Positions 1 through 9,465 of a DNA stretch of 64,000 bases are shown piece after piece. Made by a program: the position numbers and the translations under genes. The first letter of the stretch is position 1. Each line of letters starts with the position of its first letter. Below the pieces are notes generated by a model. It had not been told where the DNA came from, did no database searches, and saw only the letters and a list, made by a program, of their open reading frames with translations. This DNA is from an uncultured Acidobacteriota bacterium (GTDB lineage: Bacteria > Acidobacteriota > Thermoanaerobaculia > Gp7-AA8), in NCBI GenBank assembly GCA_963741955.1, contig CAVUKB010000013.1:32001-96000 (forward strand), given 5' to 3'.

Positions 1-369
1 TCCGGCGGGGAGGCGCAGCGCCTCAAGCTCGCATCATTCCTGGTCGGATCGGAGCGGAGCGCCACGCACCGGCTGTTCCTGTTCGACGAGCCGACGACCG
101 GACTTCATGCGTCGGACGTGAAGCAACTGATCCGAACGTTCCGTGAGCTCATCGAGCGCGGGAACTCGATCGTGGTCATCGAGCACAACACGGACATGAT
201 CGAGGCGGCGGACTGGGTGATCGACCTCGGGCCGGAGGGGGGCGATGCGGGAGGTGAAGTCGTCGCGATCGGGACGCCTGCCGAGATCGCGAAGAATCCG
301 GCCAGCCTCACCGGACGATTCCTCTACCGCGACACGGTCGCTCACGGGGCCGGGAAGCCCGCGGCGTAA
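1..369 (+). CDS. uvrA: Excinuclease ABC subunit A, C-terminal part (5' truncated by window edge)
   Basis: Frame 1 reads [11 protein letters not shown]...[10 protein letters not shown]...VVIEHN...[24 protein letters not shown]: ABC signature, Walker B and the UvrA C-terminal DLGPEGG motif; stop TAA at 367-369. Confidence 0.92.
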   Translation, partial: SGGEAQRLKLASFLVGSERSATHRLFLFDEPTTGLHASDVKQLIRTFRELIERGNSIVVIEHNTDMIEAADWVIDLGPEGGDAGGEVVAIGTPAEIAKNPASLTGRFLYRDTVAHGAGKPAA

Positions 370-437
370 TTGGCCGTAAATATTCTGCGATCGGGCTTGT
401 ACGCAGAATTTAGTTCGCCCGAGCGAAGCTGTAGCGG

Positions 438-483
438 TATTTTATTCTTCTAAAGTCCTATTGGGCCAAATATTCTGTGGCTC
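438..483 (+). promoter_or_regulatory. Candidate sigma70-type promoter in AT-rich leader of the repeat array
   Basis: TTCTAA (448-453), 17 nt spacer, TATTCT (471-476), with an AT-rich stretch upstream; predicted start ~483, next to the first repeat unit at 485. Confidence 0.3.
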
Positions 484-484
484 C

Positions 485-2804
485 GCTTCCGCCACAGGCG
501 TCCTCTCGATCCGCTTCGAACGCGATTCGCGCGGCGGATCGCAAATCCGCACTTCCATGGCGCGAACGTGAGTCGCATTGAGGTGCTTGTGCGACTGATC
601 GTGCCGCCCCCTCACGGGGGCTCCCATCTGCATTCCTCGATCTCCGGACCTCCGCCTGACGGCGGAGGCTGAACGGGCTGGCGCCCTTCGGGCTCACGGG
701 CGAACCGGAGAGCCGCGATATGACGTTCCATCGTACTGAGTCTTCGGAGGCGGGTTTTCAAATCGCGCAAATGGAATCGCTGTCGAAGGACCGAACTGCA
801 CCTACCACGGAACCGGTTCGGAAGAAAGACGCCCGTTCGGTCCGTGGCAATTCGCGCAAATGGATTCGTGATCGGAGCCCCGGATCTCTCCGTTAACGCG
901 AGCGTGCTCCGGGAAGTGACGCCCGTTCCACCAATCGCAAATGCTTCCGCCACAGGCGTCCTCTCGATCCGCTTCGAACGCGATTCGCGCGGCGGATCGC
1001 AAATCCGCACTTCCATGGCGCGAACGTGAGTCGCATTGAGGTGCTTGTGCGACTGATCGTGCCGCCCCCTCACGGGGGCTCCCATCTGCATTCCTCGATC
1101 TCCGGACCTCCGCCTGACGGCGGAGGCTAAACGAGCTGGCGCCCTTCGGGCTCACGGGCGAACCGGAGAGCCGCGATGCGACGTTCCGTCGTACTGAATC
1201 TTCGGAGGCGGGTTTTCAAATCGCGCAAATGGAATCGCTGTCGAAGGACCGAACTGCACCTACCACGGAACCGGTTCGGAAGAAAGACGCCCGTTCGGTC
1301 CGTGGCAATTCACGCAAATGAAATCGTGATCGGAGCCCCGGATCTCTCCGTTAACGCGAGCGTGCTCCGGGAAGTGACGCCCGTTCCACCAATCGCAAAT
1401 GCTTCTGCCGCAGACGTCCTTTCGATCCGGTTCCGAACACGAGTCGCGCGGCCGATTGCAAATCCGCACTTCCATGGCGCGAACGTGAGTCGCATTGAGG
1501 TGCTTGTGCGACTGATCGTGCCGCCCCCTCACGGGGGCTCCCATCTGCATTCCTCGATCTCCGGACCTCCGCCTGACGGCGGAGGCTAAACGGGCTGGCG
1601 CCCTTCGGGCTCACGGGCGAACCGGAGAGCCGCGATGTGACGTTCCATCGTACTGAGTCTTCGGAGGCGGGTTTTCAAATCGCGCAAATGGAATCGCTGT
1701 CGAAGGACCGAACTGCACCTACCACGGAACCGGTTCGGAAGAAAGACGCCCGTTCGGTCCGTGGCAATTCGCGCAAATGAAATCGTGATCGGAGCCCCGG
1801 ATCTCTCCGTTAACGCGAGCGTGCTCCGGGAAGTGACGCCCGTTCCACCAATCGCAAATGCTTCTGCCGCAGACGTCCTTTCGATCCGGCTCCGAACACG
1901 AGTCGCGCGGCCGATTGCAAATCCGCACTTCCATGGCGCGAACGTGAGTCGCATTGAGGTGCTTGTGCGACTGATCGTGCCGCCCCCTCACGGGGGCTCC
2001 CATCTGCATTCCTCGATCTCCGGACCTCCGCCTGACGGCGGAGGCTAAACGGGCTGGCGCCCTTCGGGCTCACGGGCGAACCGGAGAGCCGTGATGCGAC
2101 GTTCCATCGTACTGAGTCTTCGGAGGCGGGTTTTCAAATCGCGCAATTGAAATCGCTGTCGAAGGCACGAACTGCACCGGCCACGGAAACGGTTCGGAAG
2201 AAAGACGCCCGTTCGGTCGATGGCAATTCGCGCAAATGAAATCGTGGTCGGAGCCCTGGATCTCTCCGGTTACGCAACCGTTCTCCGGGAAGAAACGCCC
2301 GTTCCAGCCACAGCAAATGCTTCTGCCGCAGACGTCCTTTCGATCCGGCTCCGAACACGAGTCGCGCGGCGGATTGCAAATCCGCACTTCCATGGCGCGA
2401 ACGTGAGTCGCATTGAGGTGCTTGTGCGACTGATCGTGCCGCCCCCTCACGGGGGCTCCCATCTGCATTCCTCGATCTCCGGACCTCCGCCTGACGGCGG
2501 AGGCTAAACGAGCTGGCGCCCTTCGGGCTCACGGGCGAACCGGAGAGCCGCGATGCGACGTTCCGTCGTACTGAATCTTCGGAGGCGGGTTTTCAAATCG
2601 CGCAAATGGAATCGCTGTCGAAGGACCGAACCGCACCGGCCACGGAACCGGTTCGGAAGAAAGACGCCCGTTCGGTCCGTGGCAATTCGCGCAAATGAAA
2701 TCGTGATCGGAGCCCCGGATCTCTCCGTTAACGCGAGCCTGCTCCGGGAAGTGACGCCCGTTCCACCAATCGCAAATGCTTCTGCCGCAGACGTCTCGTC
2801 GATC
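485..2804. repeat. Tandem array of five 458-459 bp non-coding units plus partial sixth, containing REP-like hairpins (BIME-like)
   Basis: Units at 485-942, 943-1400, 1401-1859, 1860-2318, 2319-2777 and partial 2778-~2804. Each has hairpins AGTCGCA-N12-TGCGACT, GCCCCC-tcac-GGGGGC, CCTCCGCC-tgac-GGCGGAGG and GCCC-ttc-GGGC. Confidence 0.97.
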
Positions 2805-3504
2805 AATCCGGATTCGTCGCCCAGACCGAGACCTCCGGAACGAATCCTCGATCGTCCATCTCGAGAAGAGCGGCGATGGTGTGCGCGATCTCGATGGGGC
2901 GCAGCTTTTTCTCGCTCCCCTTCCGGGAACTTCCGGAGCTGTTGAAGAACTCCGTCTGCACTTCGCTCGGATTGACCTCCATCACCCGAATCTCGTGCTT
3001 CCGAAGCTCCGCGCGCCAGCACTCGGTCATTCCTCGAAGCGCGAACTTGCTCGATGCGTACGCCGTCCCTCCGGCGAATCCGCGAAGTCCGGCAGTCGAA
3101 GCGATGTTGATGATGTTCCCGCCGCCTCGCTTCACGAAATGCCGCGCCGATTCCCGCGCCACCATCATCGCCCCGAAGACGTTCGTCGCGTAGACATCCT
3201 TCATCGCATCGAGATCCGTCTCGAGGAGCGGCGCGAAGTGGCCGAATCCTGCATTGTTGACGAGGACGTTGTAGTCCCCGAGCTGCCGGATCGATTCGGC
3301 AACCAGCCGCTCGACGTCTTCGGGCCGGGAAACGTCCGCCGCCACCGCGATCGCACCGACCGTTTTCGCTGCGGCGTTCAGCTTCGTCTCGTCGCGACCG
3401 CAGATGACGACTTTCGCTCCGCGGGACACCAGGAGCCTCGCGGTCTCCAGACCGATCCCCGAGCTCCCTCCGGTGACGAGCGCACGCACTTCTTCCAGCT
3501 TCAT
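2803..3504 (-). CDS. SDR family NAD(P)-dependent oxidoreductase
   Basis: TGGSSGIG Rossmann motif, NNAG, YASSK catalytic YxxxK; start re-set to ATG 3504 (MKLEEV) with GGAGG RBS upstream. Confidence 0.93.
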   Translation of the reverse strand: MKLEEVRALVTGGSSGIGLETARLLVSRGAKVVICGRDETKLNAAAKTVGAIAVAADVSRPEDVERLVAESIRQLGDYNVLVNNAGFGHFAPLLETDLDAMKDVYATNVFGAMMVARESARHFVKRGGGNIINIASTAGLRGFAGGTAYASSKFALRGMTECWRAELRKHEIRVMEVNPSEVQTEFFNSSGSSRKGSEKKLRPIEIAHTIAALLEMDDRGFVPEVSVWATNPD

Positions 3505-3577
3505 CTGAACCTCCTGATCTCCCCGGGAGTCTGCGCGGCAGTGATGTCCGCTGCCCACGGTTTCCGCTGTAGTCCGA

Positions 3578-3586
3578 TGTTACAAT
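3578..3586 (+). promoter_or_regulatory. Extended -10 promoter element for the OPT gene
   Basis: TG-T-TACAAT about 70 nt upstream of ATG 3655. Confidence 0.5.
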
Positions 3587-3654
3587 GCTGCGTTCGCCAG
3601 CGGTTCGGCCAATCACCAGTGCAACCCGATTTCACCCTTTGAGAGAGGGATTTC

Positions 3655-6207
3655 ATGACGACTACTGAATTACCGCCCGCCGCAGGAGGGGGAGAATCGA
3701 ACGGATCGGCTTCGCCGAAGCCGTCTCTGTTCGAGCCGTTCATCCCTGCTCGCGCCGTGATGCGCGAGCTGACGATCGGGCCCCTGATCCTCGGCACCAT
3801 CCTCGGAATGATCTTCGGAGCCTCGTCGCTGTATCTCGTTCTGAAGGTCGGACTCACCGTCAGCGCTTCGATTCCCGTCGCAGTCATCTCGATCACGCTT
3901 TTCAAGATCTTCTCCAAGCTCGGCGGAAAAGAAGCCACGATCCTCGAGAACAACATCGTGCAGACCGCCGGCTCGGCCGGTGAATCGATCGCGTTCGGCG
4001 TCGGCGTCACGATGCCCGCGATCATGATTCTCGGGTTCAATCTCGAGATCGGCCGGGTGATGATCGTTGCGGTTCTCGGCGGCCTGCTGGGAATTCTGAT
4101 GATGATCCCGCTTCGCCGCGCGCTGATCGTGCAGCAGCATGGACTCCTCAAGTATCCGGAGGGGACTGCGTGCGCGGAGGTGCTCAAGGCCGGCGCATCC
4201 CCCGAGTCGAAGGCGCAGGCTTCCGACTCGGCACGCCGCGACATCGATGCCGCAGCCGCAGCCGGAAGTGGAATCACGAGCGCGCACACGATCTTCACCG
4301 GATTCGGGATCGGCCTCGTCTACAAGGCGGCCATGGCCGCATTCAAGGCGTGGAAGGACATCCCGGAGAAGATCTTCGCGGCTCCGTTCCGCGCCGGATC
4401 CGTTTCGGCGGAGATTTCGCCCGAGCTGATGGGCGTCGGCTACATCATCGGGCCGCGCATCGCAGCGGTCATGGCCGCAGGAGGCGTCCTCGCGTACCTC
4501 GTGTTCATCCCGATGATCAAATTCTTCGGGGCCGGCGCGGGCGTGATCGCACCGGGAACCATCCCGATCGCACAGATGTCGCCGAATCAGATCCGCGGCG
4601 CGTACGTGCTGTACATCGGTGCCGGCGCCGTCGCCGCGGCAGGGATCATCAGCGTGCTTCGCGCTCTCCCGACCATCTGGCACGGCATCAAGGAAGGTCT
4701 GAAAGACGTCGGTTCCGGAACGCGTACCGCCGTCCTCGACATCCACCGGACCGAGCACGACCTGCCGATGAAGGTGGTGTTCATCGGAATCATCGCGCTG
4801 GTCATCGCGATCAGTCTCGCACCTCCCCTGGAGATGAATCCGCTCGGCGCGATCCTGATCGTCGTCTTCGGATTCCTCTTCGTCACGGTCTCCTCGCGTC
4901 TCACCGGCGAGATCGGTTCGTCGTCGAACCCGATCTCCGGGATGACGGTCGCCACGCTCCTTCTGACGTGCCTGATCTTCCTGGTGCTCGGATGGACGTC
5001 GCGACACTACTTCGTGACCGCCCTCTCGGTCGGCGCGATCGTCTGCATCGCGGCGTCGAATGGAGGCACCACTTCGCAGGACCTGAAAACCGGATTCCTG
5101 GTCGGTGCGACTCCCCGGGCCCAGCAGATCGCGATTCTGGTCGGTGCGCTCGCATCCGCGCTGGTTCTCGGACCGATCCTTCTCAAGCTCAACTCCGCGG
5201 GAACGATCTACGTTCCGCGCGAGACGTTCACCAAGGCGGATCTACAGAGCACGATCGATCCTGCCAAGGCCCAGGCACTTCCGCTCTTCCAGAACGAGAA
5301 GACCCCGGGCACCGGGCCGTATCACCTTCTGGCGGTCGGCGGTGAAGGTGAACCGACCGCGATCGCCGGCGTTCGCGCCGGGAACTATCTGGTCGACGAC
5401 AACGGGCGGATCCTGTGGCGTTACATCGAAGCGTTCCCTCCCACCCTCGTTGCACCGGCAAGCGAGATCTCGACCAAGATGGAAGGGTTGAGCGGAGCCG
5501 AGGCGAAGCTCGACAGCAACAAGTACCGCGTCTGGTTCAACACCAATACCGGCAGCGGACTCGCCGGGAAGTACCTCGTCGATGCTCAGGGTCGCGCCAT
5601 GTATCTCGTCGATCCCGGGATCAACGGCGTCTTCACCACCCGGCCCGACGGGACGACGGTGACCAAGTTCAATCCCCCCCAGGCGACGCTCATGTCGTAC
5701 ATCATCAAAGGAATTCTCAATCGTGAGCTTCCGTGGGCGCTGGTGCTCTTCGGAGTGATGATCGCGCTTGTGCTCGAGCTCTCACAGCTTCCCGCACTCG
5801 CGTTCGCTGTAGGCGTCTACCTGCCGCTCTCGTCTTCGACTCCCATTCTCGCCGGCGGTCTGATCCGGTGGGGTGTCGACCGTTACGTCCGCAACAAGTA
5901 CAAGGACGCCAATCTCACGGAAGAGCAGCTGATCGCCGAGACGGATAAGAGTCCGGGCGTGCTGATGGCGTCCGGCTATATCGCGGGCGGCGCGATCGCG
6001 GGCATCATCATCGCGTTCATGGCGGGTGGACTGAGTGATCTGGACAACCGGCTGCAGAACTGGGCAACCGCGCACAACCCGTTCTTCGCAGGGCCGTGGT
6101 CGGATCTGTTGTCGCTGATCCCGTTCGCGATCATCGGGACGGTCCTCTACCTGACCGGTCGCGAGATCATCATGGCGGGACGCAAGAAAAAGAAATCCGC
6201 GGCCTGA
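3655..6207 (+). CDS. OPT family oligopeptide transporter
   Basis: [71 protein letters not shown] motifs; many transmembrane segments. Confidence 0.93.
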   Translation: MTTTELPPAAGGGESNGSASPKPSLFEPFIPARAVMRELTIGPLILGTILGMIFGASSLYLVLKVGLTVSASIPVAVISITLFKIFSKLGGKEATILENNIVQTAGSAGESIAFGVGVTMPAIMILGFNLEIGRVMIVAVLGGLLGILMMIPLRRALIVQQHGLLKYPEGTACAEVLKAGASPESKAQASDSARRDIDAAAAAGSGITSAHTIFTGFGIGLVYKAAMAAFKAWKDIPEKIFAAPFRAGSVSAEISPELMGVGYIIGPRIAAVMAAGGVLAYLVFIPMIKFFGAGAGVIAPGTIPIAQMSPNQIRGAYVLYIGAGAVAAAGIISVLRALPTIWHGIKEGLKDVGSGTRTAVLDIHRTEHDLPMKVVFIGIIALVIAISLAPPLEMNPLGAILIVVFGFLFVTVSSRLTGEIGSSSNPISGMTVATLLLTCLIFLVLGWTSRHYFVTALSVGAIVCIAASNGGTTSQDLKTGFLVGATPRAQQIAILVGALASALVLGPILLKLNSAGTIYVPRETFTKADLQSTIDPAKAQALPLFQNEKTPGTGPYHLLAVGGEGEPTAIAGVRAGNYLVDDNGRILWRYIEAFPPTLVAPASEISTKMEGLSGAEAKLDSNKYRVWFNTNTGSGLAGKYLVDAQGRAMYLVDPGINGVFTTRPDGTTVTKFNPPQATLMSYIIKGILNRELPWALVLFGVMIALVLELSQLPALAFAVGVYLPLSSSTPILAGGLIRWGVDRYVRNKYKDANLTEEQLIAETDKSPGVLMASGYIAGGAIAGIIIAFMAGGLSDLDNRLQNWATAHNPFFAGPWSDLLSLIPFAIIGTVLYLTGREIIMAGRKKKKSAA

Positions 6208-6228
6208 TCACAGCAACATCGAAACGAG

Positions 6229-6258
6229 AAAAAGCCCGGCAACTCGCCGGGCTTTTTT
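6229..6258. terminator. Bidirectional intrinsic terminator
   Basis: AAAAAGCCCGGC-aactc-GCCGGGCTTTTTT between convergent genes. Confidence 0.85.
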
Positions 6259-6260
6259 CG

Positions 6261-6755
6261 TCATCGCACCTTTCGAAGTTCCTCGGCGACGATGGTGTCG
6301 ATCAGATGGCGTTGCTCCTGGTGAGACCATGTCGTCGCGATCCGCATCGCGTTCCATCGCGGATACCAGCGGGCAAAGAGGCAGTGCGCGAAAATCACCA
6401 TGTGAACGAAGATCAGAATGGCCACTGAATGATCACGCGACATCCACGGAACGTGAGCCGCGGGCCAGCTGATGAAGAGAAGATCGAGCGCGCCGAGCAA
6501 TGCCGCATCGACCACGTCGCTGATTGCCGCACGGCGCCGCGCCGTGTGGATCTCGACCTCGGTTCCACGCAGGGCTGCGCGCCGCGGTACGCTGGCCGGC
6601 CCACCCGCGCCGGGGAGGAGCCTGACGTTCTCACTGATTCGGGAGTTCACGGTTATTCGTACAAACCGGAAGGCTCGATGATTCCCGTTTCGCGAATTTC
6701 GAGACCGGTCCCGCAGTCGGAATAAACGAGCGGTGACGGCTTCTGCCGGGCCCAT
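6261..6755 (-). CDS. Hypothetical membrane protein (start uncertain)
   Basis: ORF filling the gap between the DUF5666-like gene and the terminator; two hydrophobic segments in the C-terminal half. Confidence 0.4.
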   Translation of the reverse strand: MGPAEAVTARLFRLRDRSRNSRNGNHRAFRFVRITVNSRISENVRLLPGAGGPASVPRRAALRGTEVEIHTARRRAAISDVVDAALLGALDLLFISWPAAHVPWMSRDHSVAILIFVHMVIFAHCLFARWYPRWNAMRIATTWSHQEQRHLIDTIVAEELRKVR

Positions 6756-6765
6756 CCGGGCGCGC

Positions 6766-8025
6766 TCAACGCTCTCGTATCGTCTGCGCGATCAGGTTGC
6801 CGTCCGGATCACGAAATGCTCGAATGGCCACATCCTGTCCCCGTTGGAGCTGATCGGCATGCTTGTAGCCGCCGCTGGAGGTCTGGACGACGAAGTCGCT
6901 CGAGGCGAGCACGGCAAGGACCTGTCCTGTATCGGAGTCCCGGACCTGAATCGTCGCCGAACGCTCGAGCGTCTCTTCGATCGTTCCGTAGAGCAGCACG
7001 AGCTCGTAATCGCCCGCACTTGTTTCTGAGGCGGAAGTCTCGGGCGGCGGCGGTTCGGCAGGTGGAGGGGCAGAAGCGACGACTTCTCCCGCGAAACGGA
7101 CCACGTCGGCCCGGAAAACCTTCTCCGCGTAGCGGCCGCTGATCTCCAGATGATCGCCTTTGACGAGATCGGAAACGCGGAGTGGATCACCCTTGCTGTT
7201 CACGGCGCCGCTCACGTCGACGGTGACCTCGCCGTCTCGCCCGAGGTCCATCCGGATCGCGTGCTTTTGCGGATCGATTGCGACCACTCGGCCGTGAATC
7301 GAGGTGAGGGTCCGGTTCTGCCGGACGGCGGGCGCGCTGGTCCGCACATTCTGCACGACCTCGATCGAATCCGTCCGAATCGAATTTCCAGCCGCCGCGA
7401 CGACATGCGCCCGGACGACATCGCCCTCTTCCAGATTCAGGATGTGATAGGTCGTCCCCTGGTATTGCACGGGGGTGTTGGGAGTTCCGTCGAGCGTCCA
7501 CTGCTGCCCTGCGGCGTCAATGACGACCAGATCGGAGCCTCCCTCGTCCACCGTGCGCACCGTTCCTTCGATTGTCGTTCCGGGCGCAGGTGCTTTGGCA
7601 GCGACGTTGCCGGTGATCACGCGACCGAGGAGCTGCACTCGCTCCGCACGGATGGCGTTTCCGGGGCGACCGATCCCGTCGACCCGCACGCGATCCCCCG
7701 TTTCGATTTTCCGGAAGCCTTCCGTCCCGCTGAAGACCTGACCCGGATCCGCCGTCCCGTATCCGAAGAAGCGGGTCGAGACAGGATCGGTATTCACGGT
7801 GACCTTCGCCCTCGCCTGATCGGCATCGGGAACCAGTGAGAACGCGGTGTCCCGCCCGTCGAGAGCGATCACAGTACCGACGATGGAGCCGTTCGCCTCC
7901 GGCTGAATATCGGCGGCTGTACTCCAGTCAGGTCGACCCTGTCCGAAAACGGGTACACAAAGGGTGAGAACACCGATCGCGAATCCGGCGACGAATCGGA
8001 GCGGAAACGATTGCTGCGTCTGCAT
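6766..8025 (-). CDS. Secreted DUF5666-like protein with four OB-fold-type repeats
   Basis: Signal peptide; repeated modules starting SIVGTVIALD, TIEGTVRTVD, SIHGRVVAID, LLYGTIEETL, each followed by L/I-xx-GD/GQ-x-V-x-V/I and A-x-x-I/V motifs. Confidence 0.65.
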   Translation of the reverse strand: MQTQQSFPLRFVAGFAIGVLTLCVPVFGQGRPDWSTAADIQPEANGSIVGTVIALDGRDTAFSLVPDADQARAKVTVNTDPVSTRFFGYGTADPGQVFSGTEGFRKIETGDRVRVDGIGRPGNAIRAERVQLLGRVITGNVAAKAPAPGTTIEGTVRTVDEGGSDLVVIDAAGQQWTLDGTPNTPVQYQGTTYHILNLEEGDVVRAHVVAAAGNSIRTDSIEVVQNVRTSAPAVRQNRTLTSIHGRVVAIDPQKHAIRMDLGRDGEVTVDVSGAVNSKGDPLRVSDLVKGDHLEISGRYAEKVFRADVVRFAGEVVASAPPPAEPPPPETSASETSAGDYELVLLYGTIEETLERSATIQVRDSDTGQVLAVLASSDFVVQTSSGGYKHADQLQRGQDVAIRAFRDPDGNLIAQTIRER

Positions 8026-8066
8026 TTGGGCTTCCTCCGGTGCACTTGCGGCATTTGACGATCACG

Positions 8067-8081
8067 GCAAACGGTGCGCCA
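8067..8081 (-). promoter_or_regulatory. Candidate sigma54 -24/-12 promoter
   Basis: TGGCGC-ACCGT-TTGC on the minus strand about 40 nt upstream of ATG 8025; near-consensus TGGCAC-N5-TTGC. Confidence 0.6.
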
Positions 8082-8097
8082 TTCACGTGGAGCGTTC

Positions 8098-9414
8098 TCA
8101 CACCATGACGGATGCCGGCTCGCTGACGTTCAACTCCATCCCCTGAATGAACGCCTGACGGACGATCCGGTCGTCTCCCAGGAAGATCAGCGCGGCGAGG
8201 AGATCCTCGATCGATTCGGTCCGGGAGATCCGCATACGGAGAAGGGGAGTGGCGTGAAGGTCGAGAACGATGAAGTCGGCATCCTTACCCGGTTCGAGGC
8301 TCCCGGTCACATCGTCGAGCGAAAGCGCGTGGGCACCGCCGAGCGTGGCGAGATACCAGAGCTCCACCGGCGAGAGAGAGATCCCACGCACCTGCTGAAC
8401 CTTGTACGCATCCGCCATTGCGTTGAAGAGGGATGGCGAGGTTCCCGCGCCGATGTCGCTGCCGAGCCCGACCGGAATGCCGTGGCTCATGATTCTCGTC
8501 AGCGGGAAGAGACCGCTCCCGAGGAAGAGATTGGAGTTCGGGCAGTGTGCAATCCGGGTCTGGCGCTCTCCCAGAAGCTCGAGCTCCGCCTCGGAAAGGT
8601 GCACGCCATGAGCGAGAATCGTCCGGTCGCTCAGAAGGCCGAAATGGTCGTACACCGAGACGTAGTCCCGGATGTCGGGGAAGAGCTCTGCGACCCATTG
8701 ATTTTCTGCGACGTTCTCTGCGACGTGACTCTGTACATACGCATCCGGGAACTCTTCCTTCAGTCGCCCCGCGAGACGGAGCAGACGTGCGCTGGATGTC
8801 GGCGCAAACCGGGGGGTGATCGCGTATCGCAGCAGCCCGCGGCCGTGCCATTTCAGCAGGAGCTCCCGGCTGAGCGCCCACGACTCGTCCGGATCTTCGA
8901 TGAGATTCTCCGGAGCGTTCCGGTCCATCATCGTCTTCCCGATGATCGCGCGGAAGTTCCTTCTTTCCGCCTCTTCGAAAAAGACATCCGTCGCTGCGGC
9001 GTGAATGGTCGAAAAAATCAAGGCCGTGACGGTCCCGTTGCGCAACAGCTCCGTGTAGAGGGCGCGTGCGACGGTTCTCGCGTGCGTCGTATCGGCGAAA
9101 CGGCTCTCGGTCGGAAAGGTATGCCGGTTGAGCCACTCCAGGAGATGACCGCCGTACGAACCGATCATCTCGAGCTGTGGTGCGTGAAGGTGCGTGTCGA
9201 CGAACCCTGGAGAGATCAGGGCTTCGCGTCCGAGGTCGACCACCGATTCTCGTGCCGCCAGCACGGGATCGAGGTTCGCCCATTCTCCAACGTCGACGAT
9301 CTTTCCATCCGCGACACGGAGAAACCCATCCGCAAAGTAGAGCCACTGCGGCTGCTCGCGCTCGGCGAACGGATCGGCCAGAGGCGTGAAGACGCGCGCC
9401 CGGTAGATGGTCAT
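8098..9414 (-). CDS. guaD: Guanine deaminase
   Basis: PGFVDTHLHAPQ, LLEWLNRHTFPTE, YAITPRFAPT, QSHVAEN, AHCPNSNLFLGSG, GLGSDIGAGTS amidohydrolase motifs. Confidence 0.92.
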   Translation of the reverse strand: MTIYRARVFTPLADPFAEREQPQWLYFADGFLRVADGKIVDVGEWANLDPVLAARESVVDLGREALISPGFVDTHLHAPQLEMIGSYGGHLLEWLNRHTFPTESRFADTTHARTVARALYTELLRNGTVTALIFSTIHAAATDVFFEEAERRNFRAIIGKTMMDRNAPENLIEDPDESWALSRELLLKWHGRGLLRYAITPRFAPTSSARLLRLAGRLKEEFPDAYVQSHVAENVAENQWVAELFPDIRDYVSVYDHFGLLSDRTILAHGVHLSEAELELLGERQTRIAHCPNSNLFLGSGLFPLTRIMSHGIPVGLGSDIGAGTSPSLFNAMADAYKVQQVRGISLSPVELWYLATLGGAHALSLDDVTGSLEPGKDADFIVLDLHATPLLRMRISRTESIEDLLAALIFLGDDRIVRQAFIQGMELNVSEPASVMV

Positions 9415-9465
9415 GACCGGATCATTCTATCCAGTTCCTCGGCAGGGCAGGTACTTCGAGTTCGA

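Noticed and set aside
485-2804. CRISPR array interpretation of the repeats
   Set aside because: Units are ~459 bp and similar along their whole length; there is no short repeat/unique spacer pattern and no cas gene in the window.
442-2945. Short ORFs in the repeat array (MQMGAPVRG..., MSPKGAS..., MRRSVVL..., MAIRANE...)
   Set aside because: No frame stays open across units, lengths change between copies through 1 bp indels, and there are no recognisable motifs; a toxin/peptide array is not supported.
8079-8094. Additional parS-like CACGTG sites (here and near 20345 and 54545)
   Set aside because: Only the core hexamer matches; the flanks deviate too much from the parS consensus.
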